A stretch of DNA of 64,000 bases from Leptogorgia sarmentosa. Its lineage: Eukaryota. Below the pieces are notes generated by a model that saw nothing but the letters and a program-made list of their open reading frames with translations, ran no database searches and was not told the DNA's origin. How positions within the stretch are numbered: the stretch's first letter is position 1; each line of letters begins with the position of its first letter. The stretch spans positions 1,054,001 through 1,118,000 of the forward strand of contig OZ210884.1 in the NCBI GenBank assembly GCA_964658305.1, in the 5' to 3' direction. Positions 51,401-62,404 of this stretch are shown piece after piece. Position numbers and translations under genes: made by a program.

Positions 51401-54400
51401 TCAACCCTGTTAAATTCCGGAGAAATATGCAAAATTGAAAAATCCAATAATGAAGTCCGGAAACTGGCATTCACATTACTCGGTCAAAGTTATCCGCCTC
51501 AGCTTCGTGTTGGCAGACCTCATCCAATAATTGGAACATCAATGTTCACTTAAAAATGCTCTTAATTTTTATAATAGTGGTTAAGGTTCAAAAACCTGTT
51601 CGACCTCCATTTGTGTTTAGTGTTTTACCATTTTCGGAACTTTGTCGGCTTTCCTAACCATGGCCCTCAATCAGCTATGATGGAATTGAACATGTATAGG
51701 CACTGGAGAGTAGAAAGAAAGCCTTCTATATGCAAACGTATTTTCTCTACCTATCTATATATACACTTGTCGATATAGCTTGGTGTCGAAATTGCGATTA
51801 TAGTGTCGACATTAATTAATAATTCGATGAAATTAATTCAAAAAACTATCCTCTCTATATCAATTTCAAAATACCAGTGGACAGTAATGATGACATTAGG
51901 GGATTTGACTTTTGAGATGTTGACAACGGACAAAGGCTGCGGGACTACAGTCGAATGCTCTTTTAATGTATTGTTTTGACTATGAGACAGGTAATGTGTA
52001 CATATCTCCTGGAGTATACTTTTCACCGTTGTAACGTAGCTACGACATGAAAATCATATTATTGTGTTGTATAACAGTACGGTAAAACGTAACGACAAAA
52101 CCGACTACGTGGCATTTACGAGGTGGTGTAGAAAACGTCATGTTACTTTAGATAAAGGAGAGAGTGAGCACGAGGCGTAGTGAACGTTGATGGGTTGTGA
52201 GTTTACAGTTTATATTAAAAGAAAGACTATTGTCTGAAATTTGTGAGTTTAAGGAAACGTAGGGATCGAGAGTGCTACGTTTTCGACATAGTGGCGACCC
52301 CGGCAGGATTGGCGAACCTTTTGCGAGAAAGAAGAAATTTCGTCCAGTCGGCAACAAGCGCACGCGTTTCATCGGCAAAGCGAAAGTGACCTTTTACAAC
52401 GATATTTGTGAGTTTGTCCATTGACATTTTGTGAATAATCATTGAAATCCATTAGCTTGGCTTCGTTTGACATTTGGGACTTATTATCTGGGTTTCTTAA
52501 ACGATATTTTTCGAATTTATGCTATAAACTGTTGATTTTTGTGGAAATATTTATCGGTGTTGTGCCGACCGCGCATTCGCAAACACCCGGAGACCTGGGA
52601 ACGAAATACACCTCTACTTCATTTAAATAAACTATATCGTACTATAAGTTATTCGGGGCGTTTTGGTCGTAAATTTCGGGAACGTTGAGCTTTAGTAGAA
52701 CTACTCTAGCTAAAAACACCCAAATTAAGATGGATAAATCATTGGAAGAACTTTCATGCAAGATAAAAACATTAACGTTTCGGATGAACAAGACCAATGA
52801 CGTCATCGATAAAAGGGATAGGGAGGCTCTGGAGCGACAACGTTTATCAGTTGCGTCAAGTGCAACGGTAGTAAACACCATTAAAGAGACCATTGAAGAG
52901 AGCATGTTTGCGAAGGGAGAAACAGAGGAAAAGGTAAAGGAATGGTCACAGGAAGTCGAAGGGTTGTTAGCTGAGGCAGATCAATGCACCCGTTTGATCA
53001 CCAACGAACTAAAGGGTATTGAAGCAGCTGCCCAAGAGAGTGTGATCTTAAAAGAACAACAGCAGAAGCTGCAGTTTGAGAAAGAATTGACAGAGCAACG
53101 TTTACGTCAAGAGCATGAATTAATTCTAGAGAAAAGAAAACTTGACCTGGAATATCATGAAAGGTTGAAAGAGGTACAACAAAGCTCAACCCCACACGAA
53201 ACTGGGTTTGCAAAAATGCCAAAGCTGGTTATAACTAAATTTGATGGAACACCTCAAGACTGGGTCAGATTTTGGGGACAATTCCATGCACAAATCGACA
53301 AATCCAATGTGGATCCTGTCACGAAGTTTTCGTACCTCAAAGAGCTAGTGGAAATTAAGGTGCGCAAATTAATTGATGGGCTCCCGTTTACAGATGAACG
53401 ATATGAAAGGGCGAAGAGGCTCTTGGAGAAAAAATTTGGAGATTCGAGTGAAGTAGTTGGTGCATATGTGAGAAGTATACTGGAGTTACCGACCATACGA
53501 GAAAGAGACGTGGTGAAAATACACAACTTTTATGAAACACTGTTATATAATCCAGGTGATCTCAATGCACGGAAAAGGACTGGGACTAGCTCTCAGATAG
53601 AAATCCATTTTTCGATTGAAACAACTGAATATCTCCCATAATATACTTTATTTCGATTTCATATTTTTGTCAGAGCTATAGTTCTCATAAGCAAACATAA
53701 TTACAAAATTTCAACTAGTTTCATAAAGAATAACGAAAGATATAATCGAGTGAATACAGCAAAATGGATTTCTATTCGGACAACCCTTTCTGAGCGCTGA
53801 TTGGCTGAAACACGAACACGAGATCACCTGGATGTGGAGTCTTTACAAACATTGGACAGTCTTGGTAAGCTGGATGCGGCAGTTAGATTCACCGTTGACA
53901 AATTAGATGCGATTAAGAGCGAGTTAGCGATGACTAACGAAGACTGGAACAAATGGACCTTTGAACAATTTGTTGAAGCTCTTGGAAAGTGGACGAAAAA
54001 CAATCCAGTAAAGGATAGTCAATAGAAGAAGTTTCCAAGAGAAAGGGGTAGATCGTTTTTTGCAAATAGAGACAATGGTAATCACACGAGAGGCTGTCTC
54101 TTCTGTTCTAATGAAAACCACAAGGCTCTTAACTGTGACAAAGTTGTTCGATGTGAAGACCAGAAGAAAATCTTCGCAGAAAAGCATCTGTGCTTCAACT
54201 GTGCGGGGGGCAAACACAGAGCTGCGGATTGCAAAAGCAAAGGTAGATGCCAGACCTGCGGCGGAAAGCATCACACTACGATTTGTGACAAGAATATGGA
54301 ACGTAAAGAACCTGGTATGACCGCCAATCACGTCGGCCGAAACAAAGTGGTACATCCAGTGGTAGTTGTGCGCATCAATGGTTACAAATTTCGAGCCTTA

Positions 54401-57400
54401 CTGGATAGTGGGGCCAGTCATTCTTACGCGTCGACAACCGCCATTGATCTTAGTGGTGCTAAGGTGAAATCTACTAGCCGTCGTCAAATTGCTATGCTAA
54501 CGGGAATCACCACCAGAACCATGCAAGTGTATAACGTTCAAGTCAGTTCCTTAGCCAACGATTTTAGCTTGAATGTAAATCTCACGAAGATTGAGAACAG
54601 GGAACTTTTGTCATTGGAGAACCCCCGCTACAGCACACTCATTGAAGAATACGAGCATCTTAAGGTAGTACATATGGATGATGATGATCCCAAGGATCTC
54701 CTTCCAATTCACCTCATACTTGGCGCAAACGACTACGCGAAGATACGCACCGGAGAGAAACTACTCGTGGGTCGCATTGGGGAGCCTGTGGCAGAACCTA
54801 CAAGATTCGGTTGGGCTATGATGTCACCGGGCACGGAACAAGAAACAACGGTTGGTTGCTTGGCCGTTAATTCGACAAGCGACTACGATAACCTTTGTTC
54901 ATTGGATGTACTTGGACTGGCGGATACTCTCGATCACAAGGAGCAATTCATGGACGAGTTTAAAGAACAGCTGACAAGGAGTGAGGATGGACGATTTGAG
55001 ACCTCTTTACCCTGGAAGCCTAATCACGAACTACTGTACAACAACTGCGACGGAAGTTTACGAAGAACAAACGGACTTGTACGCAAGCTAAGGCGAACGA
55101 ACATGCTTGATGAGTATGACGCTGTGATTCGAGATCAACTTAGCGAAGGGATTGTCGAAAGGGCGCCACAAGAGGTAACTGGCAAAGAATTTTATCTTCC
55201 CCATAGAGCGGTTATTAGAGAAAACGCTGAATCCACCAAGATTCGTGTCGTGTATGATGCGTCAGCCCGTCCTAGTGAAACCTCTCCCTCCTTGAATGAC
55301 TGCCTACTTACTGGCCCTCCGCTGCATAACCAACTTTGGTCAGTCCTCGTTAGAAATCGTTTCAACCTAGTGGCACTCACAGGTGATCTTCGAAAGGCCT
55401 TCCTTCAAATCGTGATTCGTGAAGCTGATCGAGACGCCCTTCGCTTTCATTGGATCCGTGATTTACACTCCACCGAGATGGAAGTACTTCGTTTTACTCG
55501 TGTCGTTTTTGGCTTGACGTCGTCGCCCTTCCTACTGAATGGAGTCATCGCTCAACACCTAGAATCTATAGAGCCCAGATTTCCCGAGAGTGTTGCGGAA
55601 ATTCGTAAGAATCTGTACGTCGACGACCTCATATCTGGTGGACCCACAACCGAGAAAGTTGCGAACCTTAAACGTGATGCGGTTGAGATATTCGAAGATG
55701 CCCAGTTCCATTTGCACAAATGGCATTCTAATGCTACCGAACTTGAGTCCGACTTGAACGATGGCGAACTCACCTTCGCAAAACAGCAACTGAATGCCGA
55801 CCACATGGTTAACCAATGTAAACTCCTCGGTATGAAATGGAACAAACAAAGGGATGTTCTTCAGGTTGAATTTCCGACTGTACCCGCTGTCTTAACGAAA
55901 CGTGGTGTGTTAGCGTATCTTGCCAAAATCTACGACCCCCTGGGGGTAATCTCGCCAATGTTACTCGAAGGAAAGCTAGTCTTCCGAGAAATTTGTGAAG
56001 CCAAGATTGGATGGGACGGAGCTATTCCAGACGAATTGCGAAAGCATTGGTCCAAATGGGAGAGTGGTCTACCAAAAGTCGTGTCGCTTCCTCGTTGCAT
56101 CCCAATCTATCGTGAAACGCTAACTGAAATTCGATTACATTCCTTTGGGGACGCTAGCAAGAAGGGAGTCTGTGCAGCTGTTTACGCGGTGATCCAGCAA
56201 GAATCCGGCAGTGCACAAGCTTTGGTGACAGCAAAATCCCGACTAGCTAAGACAAACCTAACGATCCCAAGACTTGAACTGGTAGCAGGGCACATGGCTG
56301 TGAACCTCGCCGTCAATGTCAGAAATGCCCTTCAAGGTTTCAAGATAGCAGATGAGCTCTACTGCTGGCTCGATAGTACGGTCGCATTGCATTGGTTGAA
56401 CCATGACGGGGAGTATCGGCAGTTCGTTGAAAATCGGGTCACGAAAAAGAAAAGTCATCAAAACGTGATCTGGCGACATGTACCCACGGCTGAAAACCCC
56501 GCGGACTTGGGGAGCCGTGGCGGTAGCGTCGAGGAGAATGATCTTTGGTGGAACGGACCTACCTGGTTGGCGGACTCGGACCGATGGCCACCCAATCTTG
56601 TGACGAAAGCGAGCGAAACGAGTGAGGCCGAAAGGAAAGTCCGACGCGAACTGTTCGCGGTTGGTGTCGAAAGAGAAAACAGTCTCATCGATCGAGTACT
56701 GGAGAGGTTCGATTTGCGTAAGTCGTTGAGAATTCTTGGGTGGATTTCGCGATTCGCCCATAACTGTCGTCACCCGGCGGAGAAGATCACCGGAGCGATG
56801 ACTACAAACGAGATTCTGGTACAAGAGAAGATATTAGTTAAAGGAACGCAGCAAGAGTTCCTGGAGTCCGAGAAATTCAAAGAGGACAAGGATCAACTGA
56901 ATTTGCAACTGAATGTTGATGGAGTCTGGGAATGCCATGGAAGAATTCGCGGCGAGTACCCGATCTACTTACCGGATCAAGCTCTCTTTACTTCCAAGCT
57001 TGTGGAGAGAGCCCACTATCACACTCTGCATGGAGGAGTTGGACTGGTTATGTCAAACCTTGGCGAACGGTATTGGATCCCGCGCCTCCGTAAGCTGGTG
57101 AAGAAAGTCATCCGTACGTGTTGGGGGTGCAAACGGTTTCGGGTTGTTCCGGCGAAAGCTCCACCCCCAGGCCCGCTGCCAGAAACGAGAACAATTCCAT
57201 CAAGCCCGTTCAACATCATCGGGGTCGACTTCGCTGGTCCGATCAAATACCAGAAGAACGGAAGGGAGACGAAAGCGTATATTGTTTTGTACACTTGTAG
57301 CTTAACTCGAGCCGTTTTCCTGGACTTGTTGCCGAGTTTAGAAACGAGGGAATTTATCAAGAGTTTCAAACGATTGGTAGCCAGACGAGGGAGACCGTCA

Positions 57401-60400
57401 ATTATTTATTCCGACAACGGGTCTACTTTCGTTGCGGCTGCAAAGTGGTTAAAGTCTGTCCGTAAGGATGAAGAGCTAAACGAGTTTCTGTGTGAGCTTT
57501 CTATATCGTGGAGATTCAATCTCAGCAGGGCCCCCTGGTGGGGAGGCCAATTTGAAAGACTGATAGGTGTCATGAAAGGCTGTTTCTACAAAACGGTGGG
57601 AAATGGATTGTTGTCGTGGGATGAACTGACCGAAGTGCTGCTCGATATTGAGATTGCAATGAATAACAGACCATTGTGTTACATGGAGGAAGACGAACAG
57701 CAACCGACCTTAACGCCAAATGCTATGTTGCTTGCCAATCCTAACTTTTTACCGGAATTAAAACCGTATCATGAGGAAGAAAATTTGCGAAAACGAGTGA
57801 AGTATTTGAAGAAGACAAAGGAAGATATGTGGCGGCGTTGGACCAACGAATATATGAGAGCCTTGAGGGAACGTCACAGGTTGAAACACAATTCTCGAGG
57901 ACCAAACCTCTCGGTTGGCGACGTTGTGCTGATTAAGTCGAGCGAACGAAACAGAAATCGCTGGCCAATGGGAATTGTCAAAGAGCTCATTAAAGGCAAG
58001 GACGGAGTCGTTCGTGTAGCAAAACTGAAAAGCGGCCGTGATTGTTTAGAACGTACGCCACAACATCTGTACCCTCTTGAATTAAGCTGCGACACCTTTA
58101 AACGGACGGACGGGGAGAATGTTATCGCCCAGAAGCCAGTTGAGTTGAATCCAAATGCGCTCAGATTCATGCCGAAAAGACATGCTGCTGTCGAGGCTCG
58201 GAAACGGGCTTACGAACAATTGCGCGATGAACAGACCCTTGATTAATGATCTTATCTCTGAACATAACATTAACATAATCGAACTCTATAGGTCGAACAG
58301 TTACTGTTGAGTTTTCTTTTGTTATACATGCATATGATTTGCAACAATATGCATGGGGGAGTGTGTAGAAAACGTCATGTTACTTTAGATAAAGGAGAGA
58401 GTGAGCACGAGGCGTAGTGAACGTTGATGGGTTGTGAGTTTACAGTTTATATTAAAAGAAAGACTATTGTCTGAAATTTGTGAGTTTAAGGAAACGTAGG
58501 GATCGAGAGTGCTACGTTTTCGACAGTGGAGAATATTTCTGGAAACAACTGATAGAATTCATAGTTGAAACCTACACAACAAAAAAGCGGATCATTTGGA
58601 AAGAATTTGCCTTAATATATGTAAATCCAGCTCAGCTAGTATGCAAACAAATGAACAAAAATATCTCAAACGTAGTCGGTAGCCCGATCTTAAACTCCTC
58701 ATTCCTATGTTTTTGGACACCCGCAAGTAGATATGTAACTAATATTGCAATGCTTGCCGAATAAATTGTTTTTCTTGTTTTAGAAATCTTACACAAATAT
58801 GATGGATTTGTATATCCAGAACCAGGTTTAGTGACAAAGATTGTGAATTGGGTTTCCACTAGATCGCTGTTGAATGACAGAATAGCTTTCATCGAAGAAT
58901 TCTTCCCAAAATGGAACGGATTTTGTGTTGGTTCCTTTGATTCCGAGATTACACCATTGCAAGCGTTGGAACAGCTCCGTTGTTTAGTTCAGGATATTTC
59001 CAATGTCTGGACGGTCGATAAAACTGAAAGACCTTATTGTTTTTCCGTTCGTAACGACCTTAACATTTCCGAGGTAAGTCTGGCTATCGATAACGAACAA
59101 ACGACGCACGCACACGCGACACGCGTGAGGTAAAAAACGTGATCTATAGTGCATGCGTGTGACTTAAACTTGTGATTTGGAACTCGATTACAAATTGTGT
59201 TGTTTATATATTGTTTTGTGTGACTGTGAAATATTTGACTATTTACTACATAGTGACCAAACAAACTTTTTCCAAACATTGTACAGGGTGTCTTAAAAAA
59301 AAGGTAATCGAATTTGGCATGCCATTGTGCGTTAATTACTGGGTGTACGAACGTGATTTTTGCATGGTCATAAAGATCAAGGTCTTAGCAGTTGAATGAC
59401 ATATTTCTTGTACGATATGGAAGAAAATCAGGCAAATGCGAGCGTGTTGAAAAATCTCGGTGAAAAACGCATTCTTTCACCTCTGTGCCTAATTAAAGCA
59501 GTGCATAACAAAAGAAAAATGCAATTCATCACGAATGTGTCATGGTAACAAAGATTTTATCGGGATTATTAATAATTATGCATAATCAGGTCGATTGTTG
59601 AAGGGAAGGTCATCATCTTCGAGTCCCAGAGGGAGTTAATTTTGAATAAGTTTAGCTGCAATTCTCAGAGGTGAAAGAATGCGTTTTCCACCGAGATTTT
59701 TCAACACGCTCGCATTTGCCTGATTTTCTTCAATATCGTACAAGAAATATGTCATTCAACTGCTAAGACCTTGATCTTTATGACCATGAAAATCACGTTC
59801 GTACACCCAGTAATTAACGCACAATGGCATGCCAAAGTTGGATTACCTTTTTTTTGAGACACCCTGTATATGAGATTACCTTCAGCTGATCGATTTAAAA
59901 TTCAAACCATCGTGCATGTACTTCGGACATATATCGTGATGGTAGCTATGAGCTCAAATTAAGTATACAGAATCCCGACGTACATGATTCTCTTCTTTAA
60001 GATTTATCTTCTGATTATTGATAACCCCATATTAAAAGCCCGCAAAAATCTTCTACTAAGTCGCCTTGAAATATAGGTTGCTGTGTACAAAATAAAAATA
60101 AGTCTCAGTGTTTTTCTCTTAGGTTTTTATGACAATTTTGATACCAAAACTGCAGGAAAATGCGAATGTTTTAGAAAGTCAAACGAAGGACGCGAAATCT
60201 AAAGTTCAAGCGGTGCTTTCATCTGTGATAATCGCTTATGTGTTCACCAATTATGATGTTAAACTGAAGCTCGAGCACAATGAAATTCTATTGACATGCC
60301 TCAAGCTACCTCCAGATAGGGAAATATGTGCCCAGGTGATGAAGATTATCAATGACTTTGACGACAACTCTTTAAGGTAACTTAATTAGAGAGTGATCAC

Positions 60401-62404
60401 GTATAGGAGAAAATTCCGGCGCGATTAGTTACTGCACTAGCAAGATGACACTGGCAAAATAGATAGTCTTGGCGTAGGGTTTAGTATAAATTGGCATAGC
60501 AACGTAGCTTTTGTGCGTACCGTTTCACTAGTAAATCTGAAACAATTAACATAATGTTTGATTGGCATATGTAATTCGAGTTGAAAGGTATAGGATTTGC
60601 ATGGTTGCTTTTTGAATGCGCCAAAACGTTTCTTCTTCATTTTTTCCTGCCAAGCACAATATCCAGATACTTTTTTTTCCTAATATTCAATGAAAAAAGG
60701 ATTCCAAATTTATTTATATATGGGCCATATTTCCGGGTTTTCGATCGACTAGAGTTTTCCAACCGATACGTTTTAGAAATACTGTAGTTTGTCGATAGAC
60801 CAAAATTTATCCAGCCGTTGAACAAAGACCTCAACGGGTAGTACCCAATATTTCTCAATTGAGAACACGGGTAATGCCCACGCTGGACTATCGCCTAAGA
60901 TTGCTGGTCGGCGTTTCAGTATTACTATTGATGTAGTTATATTAGTGTTAGATATAAACCATTTTTCTATATACTAAGAATTTCCTTAATCCCAACCCAA
61001 ACCCTAGAATCCTAACCGTGACCATTGTGGTCAGATAAATATTGAGGAAAAAAACGTTTTCATCACTAACGCTGAAAAAATGTGTCGAACCGGGGCTTGA
61101 ACTATAAGACTGCAACGCACGCCCACTTGAGCTAAATCGAGCTCGCTGCTCACCACTCTGGCCTGGCTAAATTCATCTGATTACAGACCCGGGCAATCAC
61201 TGTTCATAATTTACCAGGCCAGGCTACTTAGACGATAGTCTAGCGTGGGCATTACCCATGTTCTCAATTGAGAAATATCGAGTACTACCTGTTGAGGTCT
61301 TTGTTTAACGGGTGATTTATCAGGGTAGAATATTAGCCATGTTGAAAAACTGCAACACGAAAGGAATCGTGAATGGAACCGACTGAAAACGTGATGGATT
61401 TTGAATTCCTAGACCTTGTTTATAATGAATATACGATAAATATTCCCATTTAATTCGTTTTAATCTCGGTGAATGTTTTACAACTGATTATTCGCGATTA
61501 TGATATCCACTGTATCTTTGAGCTAATTCTCCAATTCTATATTATTTATTTTATTATCGGAATCACTGTTTATCAGTTCATACACCCGACAGCGGATAGC
61601 GATAAATGAAATGGTGGAGCAAAGACTGAAAACTAGAAAGAAATTAAAGGGAATTATTATACATTTAATATGTATTCTCGTTCCTCATTGGTCAAAAAGC
61701 ACAGGCTATTTAACAATTAGACAACGAAGCCGAGCTCAGCTTCGCTTCGGCAGATAAGACTGTTCATGGTCTGAATAATTCTTGAAGTCATGCCTGACCT
61801 CATTCAATAATTGTTTATTGTTCGCTTAAGATCTATTCAAACAGTGAAAAATACTCTGCAAACAGGTTAGCGAACATATTTATTAAGAAGGGACTAATTT
61901 AAATTGCTATAAGGTTTTTATCATAAATTAAAGCACAAGGGGTAGCGAAAAACCCTTGAAAACATGTTTCAAATTCGTTGAAACTCTTTATACGACAAGT
62001 CAGCCGGAGTATCTTGATTTTGCTGGGAACTGTGCTTAAGCCTAAATTTTATTAGTTTAGTTATGAGCGAAAACATTAGATTGCATGAATGGCGAAGTGT
62101 AATTTCTTGCGAAAATGCATAGACGAATTATGAGTAGTGACTTGTATTGTAGTGATGATAGCATATATCTCTTTACATGTAGCTCCTTCAACAAGATAAT
62201 CTTTAAGTGTTATCTTAAAATGTCATTGGGAAAATCACTGTTTCGTAAATGGCTTACGGCCTTGCCCTTGTTGCATTTTCTTCGACGAGAATCGAAGCCA
62301 TATGAAGACGTGATTTGGGAAGAAACCATTCGTTTCACCACCTGGAAATGGTGGGGATTGGGAGAATTACCAGGAAAAGTTCTTCGCTCTTATTTGCCAA
62401 CGAG
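33468..62404 (+). CDS. RNF213: RNF213 (mysterin)-like E3 ligase, 5' part; exons 33468-33624, 37073-40773, 43371-43468, 49390-49554, 51020-51219, 58784-59073, 60123-60376, 62183-62404; continues beyond the window
   Basis: All seven introns GT-AG with concordant phases (1,0,2,2,1,0,2). Motifs LTIVFHAILSKNF...GGW, YKY...YE...NRCL, HKYDG, WL.ALPLLHFL match my recollection of the RNF213 N-arm (CBM20-like region); AAA/RING parts are not in the window. Confidence 0.75.
34786..35385. repeat. Foldback element with ~230-bp inverted arms
   Basis: ~34786-35022 is the reverse complement of ~35153-35385. Confidence 0.85.
37138..40650 (+). repeat. Coding 30-bp minisatellite, ~117 units of DLKDxNVKSK / DVEGKDVKSK
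   Basis: Strict 30-bp period with no frameshift, inside a spliced exon. Confidence 0.97.
42160..43170. mobile_element. Degenerate foldback element with internal 22-bp tandem repeats (ACAGAAAATTGCACTGTGATA-like)
   Basis: Diverged inverted arms at ~42350-42530 and ~42930-43100; repeats at 42610-42750 and inverted at 42826-42870. Confidence 0.6.
44465..47641 (-). CDS. DIRS tyrosine recombinase ORF (YR domain in the last ~320 aa, long overlap with RT ORF)
   Basis: KRSSEL, HSTRSAS, ADW...TFARFY; start codon uncertain. Confidence 0.88.
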   Translation of the reverse strand: MAVAMATGKTTVNNSSLFVNSPGKARATIPGHGAKARVSTPGRGIKQASTAAGSLAEENRTNPVGENNTNRYSSKSHYKTTKFNTRAIRCEAGSACSFVNFKSFTDKFSVYNRTRRSSGATETFPAKLAANYSRSGHFRRSSGLQARDDISPDSKQNQASPSFFQHRIEKNRHRNRRSFEQGSIEQGRAGFWSVPKQHFLSPKAGRKVPPGNQFKGFERFPPIRSLQNGRHPPSARSASASRLAGEDRPEGRVFRDSNLEGSQEVSPLCLEEYTPRVCMPSLWVNGCPTSVHEGYETSGCSSAPSGDTPDNLSGRPFVHESVQRRPTARYDNGTVPPRKLGVCDQFREVVFRANSSTGVSRVSSQHSGYDSAPARLQGGSDQSGLQQPIGPPRGVRQGALSVNRETNCFNTGHFSGPFALPPSPTLETPSTGPTEGLRRDYCPVARGDRRTTLVASPPECLERAGSPPPFSRPDNRNGRVESGLGRCVPRRKDGGAVVSDGAKASHKLPGAPCGLFRSQEFHQGSVMCPREAAHGQHFGNSLCEPSRGDSLPSPSQPGVSSMGMGPQPEYYPECRAPRWPPQCHGRLAISTLRRFEQLAAVPGSVPGPHADPWALCPGSVRGQTEYPIAPVFQLETRSNGDSIRCPTTRLVEGEELRLSPLLPDNALTGKTAGTRGRVNFGCPTMAHTSLVSQPAGPVNVPTGSPSVQPDSLARSPGGNTPPTCEPVSSASRVACIQRSLRSEGIRSDASKLILAAWRPGTSAVYNSAWKKWHSWCLRRETDPFCPTLADITSFLAHSFEEGLEYRTINTYRSALSGVLPPIDGFPVGQHPLVIRLLRGVLNLRPALPRYQQSWSVDAVLMYLRSLPRNEDLSLKLLTQKLAILLALTAPKRSSELKLLDLRYMRTLPEGVEFKLPGLTKTSSVVTSVFFAKYGECENLCVVRCLQCYIARTASFRPVMGPTTPNQLLISFHRPHRPVKSCSIARWIRSILSSAGIDTAVFKGHSTRSASTSKARAGGVPLEEVLKMADWSGTTTFARFYYRPAFDGVYARTVLAISA
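45268..47547 (-). CDS. DIRS reverse transcriptase / RNase H / methyltransferase-like ORF
   Basis: IDLKDAYF, LPFGL, YLDDLL, IETDAS, HINCLEL, DLFA, YAFPPF. Confidence 0.95.
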   Translation of the reverse strand: MERRPGFQLPAVESNKPVQRRVLSQRKIVPTQSGKTTLTGTVPNRITKRQNLIREQLGAKPVPPVHSLISSRLQINFLSIIAPGALAGRLRHFLPNWQQITLDPAILDAVRGYKLEMTSPPIQNKIRLPPRFSNTESKKIDIEIDALLNKGALNRAEPVSGQFLSNIFLVPKRDGKSRPVINLRDLNAFLQYDHFKMEGTHLLRDLLQPQDWLGKIDLKDAYFVIPIWKDHRKYLRFVWKSTLLEFACLPFGLTAAPRLFTKVMKPVVALLRRAGIRLIIYLDDLLFMNQSREGLQLDMTTAQYLLENLGFVINFEKSCFAPTQVLEFLGFLVNTRDMTLHLPDYKVEAIKADCNSLLVRREVSVRELSQLIGKLTASIQAIFPAPLHYRHLQHLKHRALAQQKGYDATIALSPEATDELHWWLAHLNAWNGRALLHPSPDLIIETDASRAGWGAVCQGVKTGGLWSQMEQKLHINCLELLAGSFAVKSFTKGRLCAHVRLRMDNTSAIAYVNRLGGTHSLVLANLALALWEWALNRNIILSAEHLAGRLNATADWQSRHFDDSSNWRLCPEVFRALMQIRGPCALDLFADRLNTQLPRFFSWKPDPMAIAFDALQQDWSKGRNYAFPPFCLIMRSLAKLREQGGELILVAPLWPTQAWYPSLLDLSMSPPVLLPFSQTLLLGPQGEIHPLLANQSLQLAAWHVSSDRCARKAFVRMLPNSSWQLGGRAQAQFITPPGKNGIAGVSDGKLIHFAPLWPI
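47433..48521 (-). CDS. DIRS gag-like ORF1
   Basis: First ORF of the element; Ser/Lys-rich N-terminus and ELFGKKF motif. Confidence 0.8.
   Translation of the reverse strand: MASADDQPTLPRADGEMLAPEDVAPRKSREKNPVSAPRKNFSDNCTAVQNKKRKRSSKSASKKSKASKKRRYKSRTYDSSSSSSSSSSSSESSSSSQDSSPSDDEGSSMLEPASSDIPVGEPIIDFAAAAVVQGLSKSARKAMGGETPVPFHPDLRPKKVDNFIRKFLKRRGANFNTAMDRRQLNMAGRMLDPIGPLSQLWQTAISAEEKGTGIDPALAIEACRRAISLIGNASHCALVDRRKGLLAKVSPDCLDLVDDPELFAPGSSELFGKKFKKAFLKDLKLSKEMDSLMSGGRHGNGKNNSKQFKPFRQQPGKGPGYNPRSWSEGPGFNSRPWNQTSQYSGGFSRRGKSYQPSRGKQH
49722..50411. mobile_element. MITE with 8-bp TSD (hAT or P type)
   Basis: CACTGAG...TACTGGAGAGAGTGCAC and GTGCACTCTCTCCAGTA...CTCAGTG; TSD GTTCAGAC. Confidence 0.85.
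52730..58246 (+). pseudogene. BEL/Pao gag-pol polyprotein, disrupted by a 282-bp insertion and a TAG at 54023-54025
   Basis: DUF1759-like gag, three Cys/His knuckles, LLDSGA protease, YVDD RT, FGDAS RNase H, VDFAGP/SDNG integrase; one reading frame once the lesions are removed. Confidence 0.92.
53549..53830. mobile_element. Small non-coding element inserted in BEL gag without a clear TSD
   Basis: Inverted ends ATCCAGGTGATCTC and GAGATCACCTGGAT, preceded by TTATATA; subterminal TGATTGG; removing it restores ...LLY-DVESLQ. Confidence 0.85.
59284..59866. mobile_element. Tc1/mariner-type foldback MITE (family copy 2)
   Basis: Near-identical to 23908-24493, TA-flanked. Confidence 0.92.
60815..61311. 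mobile_element. MITE with ~85-bp imperfect TIRs
   Basis: CCGTTGAACAAAGACCTCAAC...CTATCGCCTAAG and its reverse complement at ~61227-61311. Confidence 0.75.

Larger units (their letters stand above)
52127..58525 (+). mobile_element. BEL/Pao LTR retrotransposon
   Basis: 162-bp TG...CA LTRs at 52127-52288 and 58364-58525 that appear identical; PBS-like TGGCGACC; purine tract before the 3' LTR; GTGG duplicated at both flanks. Confidence 0.96.

Noticed and set aside
61075..61145. tRNA-like sequence on the minus strand (GTTCAAGCCCCGGTTCGAC)
   Set aside because: Only a B-box-like fragment inside a MITE; I could not build a cloverleaf
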